Shown here: in pieces, positions 13,801 through 28,426 of the stretch
Layout of the letters: the number at the start of each line of letters is the position of its first letter
How positions within the stretch are numbered: the stretch's first letter is position 1
Assembly (NCBI GenBank): GCA_973895155.1
Contig: OZ316896.1
Coordinates: forward strand, 14,852,684-14,916,683
Reading direction: 5' to 3'
DNA length: 64,000 nucleotides
From: Marsupella aquatica
Taxonomy: Eukaryota; Plantae; Marchantiophyta
Notes under the pieces: model-generated
Seen by the model: the letters and a program-made list of their open reading frames with translations, nothing else
Database searches by the model: none
What the model was told of the DNA's origin: nothing
Position numbers and translations under genes: made by a program

Positions 13801-16800
13801 ATAGTCAACTAATTATCAACTCTTTGCTCAGTGGTTCTTGGTCCACTGTGGCAGACATTTGTCTCTGGTTACAAAGTTTATGAATCAGCGTGCATACAAG
13901 CTGTGGAGGAGTCGTATGGTGGTTTAGCAGATTCAGATGGCACAGATCAAAGTTTAGAAGCGTTCACAATTCAGGTAATTGTGGTCAATTCTCTCAAAGT
14001 CTTCATCTCGCAAACACGATGAATCAACTTCGAATCTGACAAAAAGTTCGTATGTTTTGTATTTGCAGTTGTATGAGTTTCTTCTCACAGCCGTCACAAG
14101 CCCCCGTTTCAGCAAGGTGTTGTCAATCAACAGATTTACCATTTACCCTAGCAATTGGTATCAAGACTGAAATGGGTCCTGCTTAGTAACTATACCTATC
14201 TTTTGCAATGCATTTGTGCTACTGCCAATTTTCACAAACATTAATGAAGAAAAATGAAGAAAGAAATCTCGGGTCCACTGAGGCCCTCAAGAGTCACATA
14301 ATAGTCTGGCTAAACTGCTGGAAACTTGTGGCATTCAATTTGCAGATTGTAAGCAATGTGGGAGATCTAGTCTACTACACAATTGGCTACATGCAAATGA
14401 CAGAAGAACAGGTTTTATAAGACTTCTACCTATGCTTGTTTTCCACAGTGGTGCGAAGTTCAATGATGCTTCCTATAGCTGTCACGGATTGGCACATGTG
14501 ATATCTAGCAAACTCCCTCGCAACAGTTTGCTTTCTCTTGCTTTTAAGGGTTCGTCTTTTAGGTCTAGTAAGAGACATTGGAGACTTTTGAATGCAGTCT
14601 TCCATACTTGCTTTGTTCTGCAATGAAATGCAGTATTTTTGCCAGTGTTGGCTTAGCCAAACACTCCTGGAACAATCCGTTCTGTGCTTCTGAATGGCCA
14701 GGTCCAAACATGGTCGTCTGACCCAAACCAGTACGTAGCAGATGAAGATGATGTTACCTACAGCTGTCGAGTTTCAGGTGCGATTAGGTTCCTTGGAGTT
14801 GCCTTTCACTCTTTGTGCTTCAGTCCTCACAGGATTCCTTTTGGTAGTCAACCCCAATGTCGCTATCTGAATGATCTGCGGCCTTAAAAAGGATAAAAGT
14901 TAATGTGTTTGTCTCCCTTCAGACTTCTTCTTATTAAATCCGTTTTGTCACATCTGTTGCCAGGAATCCTTTTATTGGAAGAGTTGGTGGAAGCATTTGA
15001 TGATCGAGCACTCTCAGCCATATTAGAGGCTGTTCAAAGGCGGATTACGGAAGCAGCTCAAGCCAAAGCAGCTGGCCGACTAGAGTGGTGGAAGGCAGGG
15101 CCAAAACACAAATTTCTTGCAGCTGACAGCCTTAATCCTAATTAAATAAAGCGCACCGTGTGAGACCATGAAACAGAATGGCGGATATCGAGTTGTGTCA
15201 ATTTCATGCTGTTAGAATTACCGCACTTTGCCCACGACCAATATTTACTGTTTCTGATATTTCTTAATCTGGGAACTTGATTTGTTGAACGGGTCTATAC
15301 TTTTTCTTTGTCTCAGGGTCTAATCCTTCGTGTTTGTTGTAGTTGAGGGAAGCTGCGATCTTGGCTGTTGGCACTGTTGCTTCACAAATAATTAGATCGC
15401 AGGTGCTCAAGTTACCTCTCCATTCTGTTGCCAACTTTCATATTACATTGACAGAGTTCTTTGGACTCTGTCTAACTCTGCATGAAGTGTTGAGGTCCAT
15501 CAAGGTGCAAACAGCTTCTTTTGAAGTCATTGACTGAGGAGGCCAATTGTATGCAGTCTGAAGGACTTTTGGGCTTCAGTCTGGAACCATTTCTTGATGA
15601 GATCCTGATTCAAGACATAGGAAGAGGTATGTGATGCTATATGTGGGCAAAAGGCTGAATAACGTTCAACTTAATTTATTTCAATTTCCAACACAGACCG
15701 TGCCGGAAGCACGCATCGGATCGCCAATTGACTCTGGATATGTGCCTCTTACTACAGGAATGGAGCTGTGCCCCTTTTTACATGGTCGGGCCTTATGGGC
15801 TGCCGCAAAGTTTGCACCTTCGGTGAGAACAAAATTTCTTGTATCAATAAAGACTGTAGAACCTGTTTCAAAAGTAATTACGTGAGACGAGAAATTTGGA
15901 CACAGTTAATGTGTATAGCAAAGCGGTTGAGAAAATTACCCGTCAAGTTTAGCATGGCAAGTACTTAAATTCAATATAGGCTATTGTGGATTGGCCTGAA
16001 CTTTTCACTCGTTCTGAAATGCGCAAGGAGGACTAGCGTTATGTGGTGCTTGCTACTTTCTCTGGACTATCCAACAATAGTAATTGTATGCGCGATTGCA
16101 ATGCAGATGAATAAGGAAAGATCAGAACAGTTCTTCTATGCCGCGGTGACTGGTTTGTCTGGAGATATGTGAGTTAATTTAGACCATCTCATCGCAAGCG
16201 GTGAGCTTTCTACAAGTGTTGATGTTCTAAGACTTTATTCGATCAATACAAGAAAGGACAGTGGTATCTTCTCACTTGGACATGCTTTTGTGACTGCAGT
16301 CCTGCACCTATCAAAATTGGTGCGTGCCGAGCGCTTGCTGAAATTCTTCCTAACATTGACTCGTCAATCCTGCAACCGCGCTCCGGGATTGTCTTTGCTG
16401 AGCTGGGAGCCTTATTGCAAGAGGTAGGGAAGCTTTGCTAGTCAGCTACCTGTTCCTGAAAGTGCACATGACTCGCTGAATTACTTTGGTGTCAAGCCTA
16501 TTCGTTACTCTGTACTGAGGACTTCGCTCACCTATGATATGACTAATGATTAAGATTGGCAGGCTTCTGATGAAACCTTGCATTTGGTCCTTGAAACACT
16601 GCAAGCCGCAGTGAAAGCAGGTAAGCTGTCCAGTTCTAGCTCTTAGTCGTTTAGATAGCAGTATCAGATTAATAGAAAGTAAGATATGATCACTTGCAGA
16701 TTTAGCCAGATCTACGATTACGCTGATCGTCTTCGTTACAGGTTTCGTTTTTCCTGAAGCTAGTGTGTCATTGCAGACAACCAGGCAACAGCTGCAGTGG

Positions 16801-19800
16801 AGTCCACTATCTCTCCGTTAGTCTTGAATGTGTGGGCCAAACATGTGGCCGATCCTTTCATCAGCATTGACGCTCTTGAAATTTTAGAGGTAAGCTATAG
16901 TTTTCGTTTCTTTCGTGTTGGGTCTACCGGAATAAGTAAGTCTCTGTCAGGCAAGCTTCCTTCTTATCTCAAAAATTTAATTGACTACTCTCCAGTCAGC
17001 ACAGCATGTGGAACCCATTACTATGAGCTCTCAGCTGAGAACATCAGCAGGCCTCAATGGCGCTAAGACTTTTGTTTTAAGCTACGGAACTGAGCCCTGA
17101 ATGGTCTAGGCTGTCAAATATATATATCTATGGAAGTGCACTGGAGAACCGTTGAGATCACATCCTGTTGTCTGAAATTTCGGACAAGTATTATTTAAAG
17201 ACTGTTTCAACCAGAATGAAGTCATTGTGGGTAGCATTAAAATGAGTGTGCAAACAATTTCAGCTCAAACAGAATTTTGTTCTGTAAGTCGAGTACCCCG
17301 GTTATCTTAAAGAATGCTCATGTATTTGTATCGTATCTTTATCTTAAATTCTATGACTAGGCTCTCATCTAGAAATTCTCCAGCTATGCCACGTAGGCCC
17401 ATTGAACATGTTGAGGAGGAAGGCTGTGACATCTGAATTCAATCATTCGAAGCTGTCCACATGGCTGTCCCAAGTGGTAAATGTAATCAGACGACAACTT
17501 AGGAAGGCTTTGTCTATTTACGAAACTAATAGTGTGGCATGGCTGCTGAATTTGCAGGCAATCAAAGAAGTTCCAGGGTGCCTGGAGCCACTCGCATCTC
17601 GTGTGTTGCCTGTTCTTGGATCTATTTTTGGAAATGTATGTTTTCAAATTTTCAGACGTAAGCTTCTAGGGTCGATTTGTTTTTAAAAGAACTTAGTTGT
17701 CGTCGAAATCGCAAAGCTCTGACATGATCTTCTAAGTTCTTTTATGTTGGAAGTCGCAATTCAATTTTCCAAGAATATGCCTTGTACGTACGAGGCTTCC
17801 ACTGAGCATACTTGGGCAACTTCGTATACAGATGTGGTAACTGTTTTCCTACGTCCGATGAGTACAATGCCACTATATTTTGTAATATTTTGATTTGCGC
17901 CTTCTTTGTCTGGCCATCTCAACACTCATTGCAAACTCATTCGGTTCTTCCCACTGTTTTGTGTTGCTTATTCTGTTCTTCTAATTGCAGCCAAAGCAGG
18001 AGATTGCGGGGCTAGTTGCGGGTGCATTGGATCTACTTACAATGCTTCTCACGGTTAGATATAAACATTTTCTCATGTTAAAACTAGGGTCGCCCAACAG
18101 TCAGAAATACTCAAGTAATATCAACCTTATGGTCAGGCTCCCATGGACTGTAATTTAAATCAGGATTTTTCCATCACCACAATTGGCAACTCCATTACTG
18201 CCAGTTTGTAAGATCCTTCAATTTCGTTGCCTAGAGTGGTTTGTGAGCCAGATTTATTTCTCATCAGCATTTTGTTTTACAGAAAGCGCCAATGCTACTA
18301 GTTCAGAAAGCGCATGACATCACGTTTGTGCCATTGATCAACATTGTGCTTCAAAGCGATGACAACAGTGAACTGCAAGTGAGTTCGATCTTTACAAAAC
18401 TCGTGCCGGTTGCCTGCTTTTAGGATCTTGCGGCTGGAATCCACATGACTTTGCCTGCCTGCTTGATGCTATTTGCTCAATTCAATGTAGGTCCTGATTT
18501 AACTGACAACTGTCAGTTTGATGAGTACTAAACTACTGTTACTTTGCTAGTTTAAGGCTTTTAATAAAATTGAACTGGAAATTTCGTACGTATTTCCAGA
18601 ATGCAACAGAGTCTCTGTCTGCATTTGTTCGTGAAGGAGGGGAAGCACTTTTGGGATTTGGAGGTGACCCAAATCGCACGATGCAAATGCTTCTGGATGC
18701 AGCTGCTAGGTGGGCAACTGTCTGTACTTTAAGTCTGTCTTTTTCTGAGTGTAGTAAGTAAGCAATCAGCACCCTGCTGGTTTAGCAAGATCCACAACTA
18801 TAAACCCAACAGCTCTTAAGCATCTGGATTATCGGGTTTTCGTGTGTGAAATCTAACGATATAGATATCTCTGTCCCATCAACTCCTGACACAGCAGAGC
18901 CATTTATATTGCTGATAACAAGCTGGTATTGAACAATTATGTCATTCAGAATTGTTAGGAATGGGTATATTTTCAGGGAGTTCATTATTATGAGTCATTA
19001 TCCCATGCTTATGTTGAGTTCTATAAGTTGAGGTCCACGGCTAGTATGACAGCTGCATTATGCCGATTTCAGTTGGCTCTGGCTGAGGATGAATAGATTT
19101 TAAATATGATTGCTCGTCATGTGTTCGACTGCAGGCTTCTCAATCCTGAGCTTGAAAGCTCGTGTGCCCTCTTTGTGGGTAGTTTCATTAATGCTCTCAT
19201 TCTACATCTTTCAACAATGATGACACCATACATCAGGCAATTAGTTACTGCTCTGCTTGCTTGCATTCGAAGTACTGAGCTTACAGCCTTGACGACCTCA
19301 CTGTTGCTGGTCATGGCCCGACTGGTAAGTCCTTTCCTCGTTTATCTGTCAAGGGAAGGAACGGCTTGAGATTTTTCGTCCATTGTCTTTCTTTTCGAGT
19401 TGAGTTTGGCAATACATAAGGTTTACCATTTTTTGCTTTTCAGCCAAAAGCAAAAACTGAGGGTTCTAGGTAAAGGGTAAATTCAAAAACTGCAACAATT
19501 TTGAAGATCCTTAAATTGAAGATGAGCGTTTCTTCTAGCGTCCTGTTTCTATGGGCACGGCTTGTCGCTAATTTTGGAGAAAGGAAAGCAGAAGGAAAAA
19601 TACTTCTCAGCATAATTACATTCTTACTCGAATACCAACGGTGGAATGTTCTATGTCTTTAGGTGCACATGAGTTCACCAAACGTCGGCCAGTTCATTGA
19701 TTTACTTGTAACTCTGCCTGTTGACTACAATGCTCTCGAGTTTTTAATGTCCCAATGGACAAAACATCAAGGTGCAATATTATTTCTTAGTCACAAGTTT

Positions 19801-21857
19801 ATTTTCTTTTGCATCAAAGGGATGTCCCACACGCACCGGCATTTCATGGCATATGGTTTGTGACATCATATCCCTGTGACCATCTTTGTTTTTTTCTCTA
19901 GCTGTGGATGAACACACAGGATATTGAAAGTGGCGTGGTGATCCCATTCATTCGGCATTTGTTCATCTTTCAGGGGACATTCAAGGGTCATATCAGATTA
20001 AAGTGAGCACAACTGCTTTAGCTTTACTACTGGCTTCAGGGCATCCGTCTCTTCGAAGTATAACCGTCCAAGGACATTTAACGGTCAAATCTAAACCAAT
20101 TTCTTCTTTTTTACAAATTTGAGTTTACGTCTGACTAGGCATGCGAATGAATGACATCACCAGTACGTCACTTCCAATATTTTGCCCACATTGAAACTCT
20201 GAATCCATTTTTCCGGGATAATTGTTTAGTACCCCTAAGTGCTTTTCGTGATGATTCTGTATCCGGACATCCAATTTCCATGCAGGCTAATTCAACAGGA
20301 GTGATTACTCGAGCGCGCTCAAAAGTCACTCCGAACACCTGGACAGTGATGTCTCTGCCTGCCAAGGTGTGCCTTTAGAGCTCTTGACCTGGAGCTGCTT
20401 TAGTGGCTCATTTTGCTGGAAAATTGATTTCACCTCGAGATCCCATTCAGTCACATCTAAAAGCAGGACTGTTTCTTGGCGAAGATTTTTGAATTATTTG
20501 TAGCACGCAGCTCCTCTCTTTGCTTGCAGGGGCGATTGTAGAGATTCAAGAACAAAGAACAAATGCAGATGACGAGGTGAGTTTTCAGTTTTATTCTGCA
20601 TATTTAAATGGGGAAATTGTGCACGACGAAGTAACCGCTATGCCATACGTCAAGTGCCATACAATGTCACATGGCTGTATGAAAAGTTTCATAAGGAGAT
20701 AGCCTTGGAGGAAAGCATAGTAATTGTCATCTTTGCTTGCAGGATGATGACTGGGAAGAGGTTGATGAGGATGAAGATGACGATGACAAGCAAGGGCAGC
20801 CGCGATCGTTGCTGGTAACCCAAGGGAAGGACGCCTCAGTTTTTAAAGCCTTGGATGACGTGCAGCATCTCTTATATGATGAAGTAAGCGCGTGACTTGA
20901 CATTGTCAGCATTTCTCTGGACAACAGAATCAACTTTGTGTCTCAATTTCAAATTACTTGTATTGTGAAAGGAGTAGGATTTTGAAGTTTTCTATGGCAC
21001 AGATAGAAGATGGGGATTATATGGAGGATCCTGCTGCAGCAACCGACCCACTAAATGAGGTATCTTTTTTGCTAGAATCGTGATTCCGATAGAAGTGAAT
21101 ATGCAGTTTCTTGAGCGGACATTCGCCGATGCATGATTGATAAGTTATAGCATTCAGTCTCAGCGGATGGGTGACTATGTATTGTTTCTTGGAGTTCGAT
21201 CATCTTACTGTATGTCAAAAACTTTATGCTGTATAAGACAGTACTTCTTACTTCATACCTTTAGCGAAGAGTTGACACAGTTTTCTAGAGGCTTTCACAT
21301 AGCAAGATAATAAAAGCTTTCATATCCTTTTCAACAGACTCCTTCAATAGATGTGTTTCTGGAGTTCTTCTCTTTGCTAGCACAATGAGAAGTCATCTAA
21401 ACAGTCCAGGAACTTCTGCAGATAAATCTTTCACTCTACTTGCGCAACTTTATGAAAGAATTCTCCCAAAGAGATCCAGCCTATTTCAAACAGCTATACC
21501 AGGTGAACAATTATATTTAATCTTCTTTCCCATCATATTTTAGATTGCTTGGGGAATTTTTAAGTCTGGGAACGTTGCCTTCTCTGCTTTTACCACTTAT
21601 TCGCGGTGGATGCCATCTCTGGTAAATCTTTTTTGAAGGCATTTTGATTGTTGACGACTGTTAAAAGTTATAAAGTCCCGTGCATTAGCAAGCCCAAGAC
21701 TCTGGCATGTCCACCCAAAGATCAACGTGTCGCCAGGTTCTGTGCGATAGAAGGGCAGATCTTAACAGCGTGAACTTACTGGTGGTTGTCATACTCATAT
21801 TGCCAGGATTTGCTCGCTCCTGAACAACGCGCTGTACAAGCTCTTTTAGATGGGTAA
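10830..21857 (+). CDS. IPO9: Importin-9 (karyopherin-beta, Kap114/IPO9 family), about 33 exons
   Basis: ATG 10830 (MDSSGGGGG...WLVNCLNATLD). IBN_N segment LRQ|LAAVLLKQYVKHHWQE, then DWPEEWPEL, WSSDPNQYVADEDD..YSCRVSG, WWK|LREAA, PFLHGRALWAA, an acidic DDDWEEVDEDEDDDD loop and DPLNE|INL. The last exon DLLAPEQRAVQALLDG* ends with TAA at 21855-21857. Exon phases are consistent throughout. Confidence 0.93.
11730..11933 (+). other. U12-type (minor spliceosome) AT-AC intron in importin-9
   Basis: 5' splice site ATATCCTTT at 11730, branch site TACTTAAC at 11915-11922, 3' end CAC at 11931-11933. Removal joins LRQ to LAAVLLKQY in frame. Confidence 0.92.
13721..13831 (+). other. GC-AG intron in importin-9
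   Basis: CAG|GCAAGC ... TGCTCAG|TG joins EFP to VVLGPLWQTF in frame; no GT donor fits. Confidence 0.8.
15095..15342 (+). other. GC-AG intron in importin-9
   Basis: AAG|GCAGGG ... TTGTAG|TTG restores the conserved WWK-LREAA motif. Confidence 0.8.
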
Positions 21858-24800
21858 GCTTTTGACAGCAGAGGTATCGTATACTTTGACAAAACCAAGA
21901 ATTGGGAAGGATTTTTGGAGAAAAATATTTTGCCTATGATGATCCTATAAATCTGCGGGGATCATGAGTACTCAACACCCTCATATATGGGCCGTCTTTA
22001 AATTACATATACGGTTCATGGAACAGGTCTTCTGAATGAAGCCTACGCCCCTTTTGCCATGAGGCAGCCCTTGGATATCAGTGGTTGTACCAGCTAGCAA
22101 GGCCTGGCAAGATGAGATTGTGCTAAGCTTTAGCTCAGTCAGATTAAAGAATAGTGTCTTTTAGTTACCAAGGCAAAGGAAAGCAAACGCTTCTAATTTA
22201 GTATGTGGCAGTCAGACTTCCCTACGAAAAGAATGGGAAATTGGCTACAAATAGTCTTGCAAAAGTTTCTTATGCCCTTAGGTCCACATTTTTGTAGGAT
22301 GTAGATTGGAGTTTGAGTACTGTTGGCATTAAATATTTGGGTCTTTGAACATCTATTATTATATCTCTTCATTGAGGAGCGAATTGGACAATAAAAAGGT
22401 TGATTTTTATGAGACTCTATAATATTAGTGAAACTATGTAATGCTGGTAGAGAAGCTCCCTTTTATTTTGATTACTACTGTAGCAGTGCTTTAAGCAACT
22501 AAAGCTCCTATATTCTTGACAAGATGCTCTGATGGGTTGTTTAAACATGTATAGACCATGTTGAAAGTATCCTCGCCAAGAATAGTACCTTTCCTTTCTA
22601 TGAATGCTCATCTTCTTGGGTGTCCACTTTGCAACATTCAGATTGTGTGCTAGCATGTCATAGCAGATGCCTCAGGTACATGAGGATTGCACTCTTTTTG
22701 TGCATTAAAATTCTATCTCATCCAATGAGAAGAACTGGTACAGTCCTTTCCCAAAATGTTAAATGTTCCAACTAAACTAGACACTATTACTTGGGCATCT
22801 AGTACAAAAGGTGGAATATTTAAATCTCAAATGGTCTTACCAAAAATATGGAATGCTGGAGAATAAACTATAGGCATGGCACATATAAACGATGAAACAA
22901 ACAAATGCTCAATGATCTTATCATGTTGAATGGTAAATATTATAAAAATAATCAGAAGCACCTAGTGTTAGTCAAGCTTTAGTTTGGTCCAATATATGAC
23001 CATTTCAATTCTCAAAATTACTTTCATTAAAACTATTAAGTATACTTTTGAAAATTTGAGGAAACACCTCCTAGTAGTCTTGTGGTAGAATTAATCCGTG
23101 GACCCCCACGTTCATCCAAGGGAATGAGTAGTTACTTATTTATGTTATTTTAGAGGCAGTTATCTAATTAATTACAAAGTTAACAAATAAAAATCACTCA
23201 AAAGGTAACTAATACGGTCACAGTGAAAAAAATTATATCTCTTCCTTTGTATTTTGGTTTTTTTTACGCTTAATACTTACAGCAGGGTGCCCCATAATTA
23301 CGCGAATATGAACACAAATATGACAAAGACCTTCAGTTTTGTTTCCAGGAAACCTGTTGTCCTGTTTGTCACCGTACTCCTTGATGTGGTGCATCCTTCT
23401 GCCAGGGAATTTGCAAAGGACCCCTAATGGGGGTCCGTAATGAGCAGCCTTGTCCCTCAGTTTTTTGCCCTTGTTGCTCTCTTAGACAGGGTGTCTGTGG
23501 CACTCTAGAGCACTCAAACATCCACTGTTCTACCGAGTGCCAACCTGTTGGTTTTAGGGCATCTAGACAAATTCTTTGTCATGTGACCCCTCCTTGGCAA
23601 TTTACTCTTGAGCTTTACCAAGCTTTGAGTTTACTATCGAGTTGGGCTTGTTTTCCTGTTGTAGATGATAAGTACTTAGCCCTTGGATACTAAGGCATGC
23701 ATATTTAGTCATCAAGCTCTAATCCAAGGTCACACCATGCTGGTCTGGGATCTGTGCCTACAAGCAATGGTTGCACTGCCCTCCACTCTAAGGATGTTGC
23801 TACCTAGTCCCTCCATCAGGTACCAATGAGTCTATATTGGCAAATGTCCTCTAGCAAATACATGAAAAGAACCCTAGGCAGTTGGTACTTAGCTGCAGAG
23901 CCTGGTACCAAAATAGATATCTGATGTCCTGCTATACAATTTTATCCCAAATTTTATCTCAACATAGGCCACACTTTCATTGCTACTACATCACCTGAAA
24001 AAAAAGAGTAAGGTACTGCCTTCAGCATCCAGTTCATCATGCTCACCTGCAGAAAAAAGAAAAGTCATCTTCATGTTCATCCTCATGCACTCTAGAATTG
24101 GTGACACATCTGAGGTTGACAAACATCCTATGAGGTGGTGCTATATAGCCAGCCAACCAACCAACCAACCAAGCTCTTGCAATATACATTTAGGTCACCC
24201 ATAGGATAACCCTACATAGGGTTTTAGCGATCTGTATAAGACGACATACCCAGTAAAGTATTTCACCAAGATGTGTAAGTTGCCCATGCCAGCTACCAAG
24301 TAGGTGTACAACCCCACACTAAGGCAACAATACTTTTGCCTTAGATGCAAGAACTATAACAAAGTTCAGTTAGCGCAAGGAGTAAAACCTTCATAGTAGA
24401 TGTGTTGAACTTCTTAAGAAGACAGGAATTAAAGCTCTTGGTAGAGAAAACTCTGTGATTAGATTTAAAATTATTAAGAAACACTCAATTGTACTAAATA
24501 TGATCTCAGCAACTTGTGCTATCTTTTGGACACTCATCCACCTATTCACCTAGTAGCTCAAATATTTTGGTGACAATGACACCAAAATTCAGAATTGTTT
24601 TTTTTTCTGTTTTTGCTGCATGTGCATCATACTGGACTGCCTCTTGTGTTCTATGTCAACTGACAAAGGTCAATAATGGGCAGAAGCAATGTTTTCATCC
24701 TATTGTTCCACTTCCCTGGACCAGTTTGTGTTTGTACCAAACATCTCTATTGGGCTTATTCTTTCTTAGAGACTTTATAGAGTTCAGTGTCTTGAACGTT

Positions 24801-25071
24801 GCACTTTCTTATGGGTTCAGACATCCACAAGGCATCAACATTAATTGAGTCCATTATCAGTATTGTTAGAAGTGATGGTGGACCATGACCACCTCGTCAT
24901 CTCAACATCCATGTCCTTGCAATTATATGTGTAGTCTATGCAGTGAGCTCTTGGACTCATATGGAGTTTAAGAAACTACCCTGTGCAAGATTGACCAACC
25001 ATTTTGACAAAACCATGCTGGATGGAAACCAAAAATGGTTTTGATTCTTGCAAAAACTGGTCAGTGGCTCA

Positions 25072-25320
25072 GGGGTCTCACTATATGGATGCCTCCCCAT
25101 CACCTGCGACATTTTTAGGTCTCAGACCCCCTAAAATGTAAGGAAAATTTTTATTTTTCAACCCCTATAAAGTATCCTAATGTTCTTATAAGTATCAAAA
25201 TTTGATTTAAAAGACCCTATTGTTCTTCTCATAAAATTCTTAAGTCTTCCCTTTCAACCAATAAAATGACCCTATACTTCGTCGCATGTGATGTGCCATT
25301 TTTGTGGAAGTGAAACCCCC
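25072..25320. mobile_element. MITE copy 2 (same family as 5153-5470)
   Basis: Begins ggggtctcactatatggat and ends tgtggaagtgaaaccccc; internal blocks are colinear with copy 1. Confidence 0.65.
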
Positions 25321-26121
25321 AAGGCCAGCGGATACACTCTCTAGTTCGTTGAGAGGCCATGTTCACATTCCGTATCTGTTCAGTGCTGGGTATGTTCCCT
25401 CTTGTGCACCATTTTTGGCTTGAATTCACCTGACACTTCAATAGCACATGCCTTGTCGTCAATGCTCTGCCCTACTTTGCCCACATGCCTCCTTGGTGTT
25501 GTGGTCCATTTTTTAACGGGGCAAAGTCATCACACAAGTTTGAAATTGTCTGTAGACGGTGAGTAGGCAACAAAAACTGAGGACCCATAAATAGCTGTAT
25601 ACTACACAAAGGCTAACATTGCATTATCTTAAAATCTTTTTAAGAACAGACAAAATGAATAATTAATTAATCACTCTCAAATAAACTGTGGCCAATTTTC
25701 CATGCCGCCAAGTACTTTTTGGAAGAGACAGAATCCTTTATGTGATCATAAACCTTGAAAACCTAAGCACCCCAAACCCCACTAAAATACAATAAGTCAA
25801 GAAAATTTGCAAAACAATCTACCCAAAAAACCCAATCCATAAAACAAAAACAGCCAAAACAGCCTGAAGGAGGAAGTGGAGCTTTGAATTAGAGTGTCCA
25901 TTACCCTTGAGTTAGTACACAAGTCTTTTCTTCAATGGTGAGACCAAAGAGGCTGCCATAAACACAACCAAGTGGACTTTCCTTGCTTTCCTTAATAATA
26001 CTGGTTAACATCTCTGGGCACAATGTTATTTATGCATTTTATACAAACATGCAAGGGTGCTTGACACAAAGGTAGGCTAGTCAATGATGGGAAGTTACTC
26101 CGGAAGTTACACTCCACTTGT

Positions 26122-26507
26122 TGTTAGGTGATGCGCATGCCTAGACGAGCATAACCTATTTACTTTCATAGTACTAGCTAGGCTTTAATGGACTATGATA
26201 GCACTTATTTGAGTCCCAGGTTCCCATAGACCATGGGAGGGGGTATACCCAAGTGGAACGCAAACTTGAGCTCACACTTCAAAGTTCAATCTTTAGGAGA
26301 GAGAGAGAGTGAGAGGGTGAGAGGAGCTCTAGCACGTTGGCTATGGTGGATATGATCATTTTGCATTACTAGTTTTCTCTCACGGCCGTTGATGTAACCT
26401 AGACGGGCTGAACAACGTACTTGCATTGTAGGAGTCTATGGATGTTGTTCACATGTGTTGATGTTATCTTGTTATTTCTAGATTTATCCCCTGGATTTAT
26501 TCCAACA
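26122..26507 (+). mobile_element. Putative solo LTR (copia-like)
   Basis: TGTTAG...CCAACA termini, internal GA tract and a ccgttgatgtaacc...gaacaacgta motif typical of plant copia LTRs. The flanks cttgt/tttgc match only partly as a target-site duplication. Confidence 0.45.
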
Positions 26508-27079
26508 TTTGCAACATGAGGCAAAGTGTGTGGCCCCGTGTGTAGATATGTAAAACTCCGTGAGAAATTAAGCAAAAGGGCATGTTATTAGCAATATCAA
26601 AGCAAGGAAAGACTCCGAGTCATGTTTACAACTCAATTTGTAGGACACCATATTATAACATTCATAGTCAATTTATAGTTAATAATGAACTACTTTTAGT
26701 AATAAAGGTTGGTCTAAGTGAAAGTAGTCACAAGTGCTTTGGTTGTCATCAGGTCATTTTCTCACATCCCCGAGCCCTCATGTTTGACTTATCAATAAAT
26801 ACTTCTTATGTATGTGTACACTTGTAGACTGAAATACACTTATGTATTTGTCCTTTAGTGCCACTATTTTGTCATTCAGTGATGGTCCACCTGCCCTTAT
26901 GCAAAGGGCATTTTTTTGGCACATCTACAAAGGAAAGCACTATAATATATATTAGGAAACTACACTTAGCCACAGTTCACTTTGCTAAGTGCACATAAGA
27001 TATAGATACTCACTTGCCTTAATGACCAAGAAAAGTACAATTATATGGTACAACGGTACTGAAGAGTTGTGTACATAAG

Positions 27080-27250
27080 GTACAGATCATCACTTGCCTT
27101 AGTTAGTGACACTCAAATCAATCAAAACCATAAGCTAAGCAAAAACCATGAGAACTTGTTTTTAGTACAGATCATCACTTGCCTTGGTTAGTGACACTCA
27201 AATCAATCAAAACCATAAGTTTAGTAAGCAAAATCCACGAGAACTACTTT
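27080..27250. repeat. 85-bp tandem duplication
   Basis: gtacagatcatcacttgcctt(a/g)gttagtgacactcaaatcaatcaaaaccataag occurs twice. Confidence 0.85.
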
Positions 27251-27888
27251 TTTAATAAAAACAATTGAGGGGAACTTCATGAAACCCAACAGACAGGGAA
27301 CAATCAGTTACAATAGTTGAACCCAAAACCTATCAATCTTCACTTAAGTGAGCTACCACGCAGCCATGCTTCTCTCCCATGAGTAGAACTTAAAACACAA
27401 GGTGTCCACATTGTTTAGAATCATCTCTTTCTCTCACTTACGAGAAATGATAGAATCCCTCTCAAGTGGTAGAAATTCATTGAGATTTGCTAAGGGATTG
27501 AATGCACAATATTAGAATCTAAAAATAGTTGAAAAGAAGAGCTCTAGGATAGGAAGATTGAAAACATTAAGAGGGGTGCCAAAATAATTCAAAGTCTACA
27601 TTAAAGATGATGCATCCTGTTAAGGCAAGTTGAAATAAAAATACACAACATAAAGTCTGAATAAAACAAAACACTGAACTGAGGTGGCCATTATATCAAC
27701 ATCAAAGTTGTAACATGCTCGACTCAACCTAAGCCGCCTAAGACTACTCCTCCATTCAACACAACCTTCAGTTCAACCACTATCAAATTAGTTTCCCACA
27801 TAAACCAACACCCTCCAACTTATATGATCATTGTAGAAAATGCGGGAGAAAATGAGTCTTTCTACAACTCATCCCTTCGCACTATATA

Positions 27889-28390
27889 CACTAGTACCAA
27901 TTGTGTATTTTCTTACTAGGATTATAGTAATTTATATAGCTGTCATTTCAGGCATCCAATTATTACCAAAAAAATCTCAGTGAAAAATGGCCAGTCGATT
28001 AGAACATTCAGTCATTTGTGCATGACTAAATGTTTCTGGTCATTGAAGTCACAGGTGATGTAAAATGACTACCAATATGTAGTCGTCGAAGGCATTTTAG
28101 TCATTAATATTGTCTAATTACTATCTTCATTGTGCATCCTCTTGAGACAAGTGTACGGATAGGATGGATATGTGTTTTATTTAAATGCGGTCATTCTGAT
28201 GACTAACAAGTAATCTAATAGTGATTTTTATGGCTTAGAGTAATATACTCATAGTCGTGGACAATGACTATAGTGTTATCCTGTAGTAATTTTGAATGAC
28301 TCATGGTTGTATATTTTTAGTAATTGTATTTAGAACTCGGTCATTTGAAATGACTACATAGTGAAAATGGTACTAATATTAAGTGATTCA
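27889..28390 (+). mobile_element. Possible CACTA (En/Spm) element terminus with subterminal repeats
   Basis: Starts CACTAGTA and is followed by many ATGACT/AGTCAT motifs in both orientations. A similar block starts at 33657. Confidence 0.4.
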
Positions 28391-28426
28391 GGGTAGCACA
28401 TTCATACTTCCCATTTAAAATGATAC

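Noticed and set aside
23068-23125. Possible tRNA-derived SINE head (tagtcttgtggtagaa...gttcatcc)
   Set aside because: Box matches are weak, with no acceptor stem, tail or target-site duplication.
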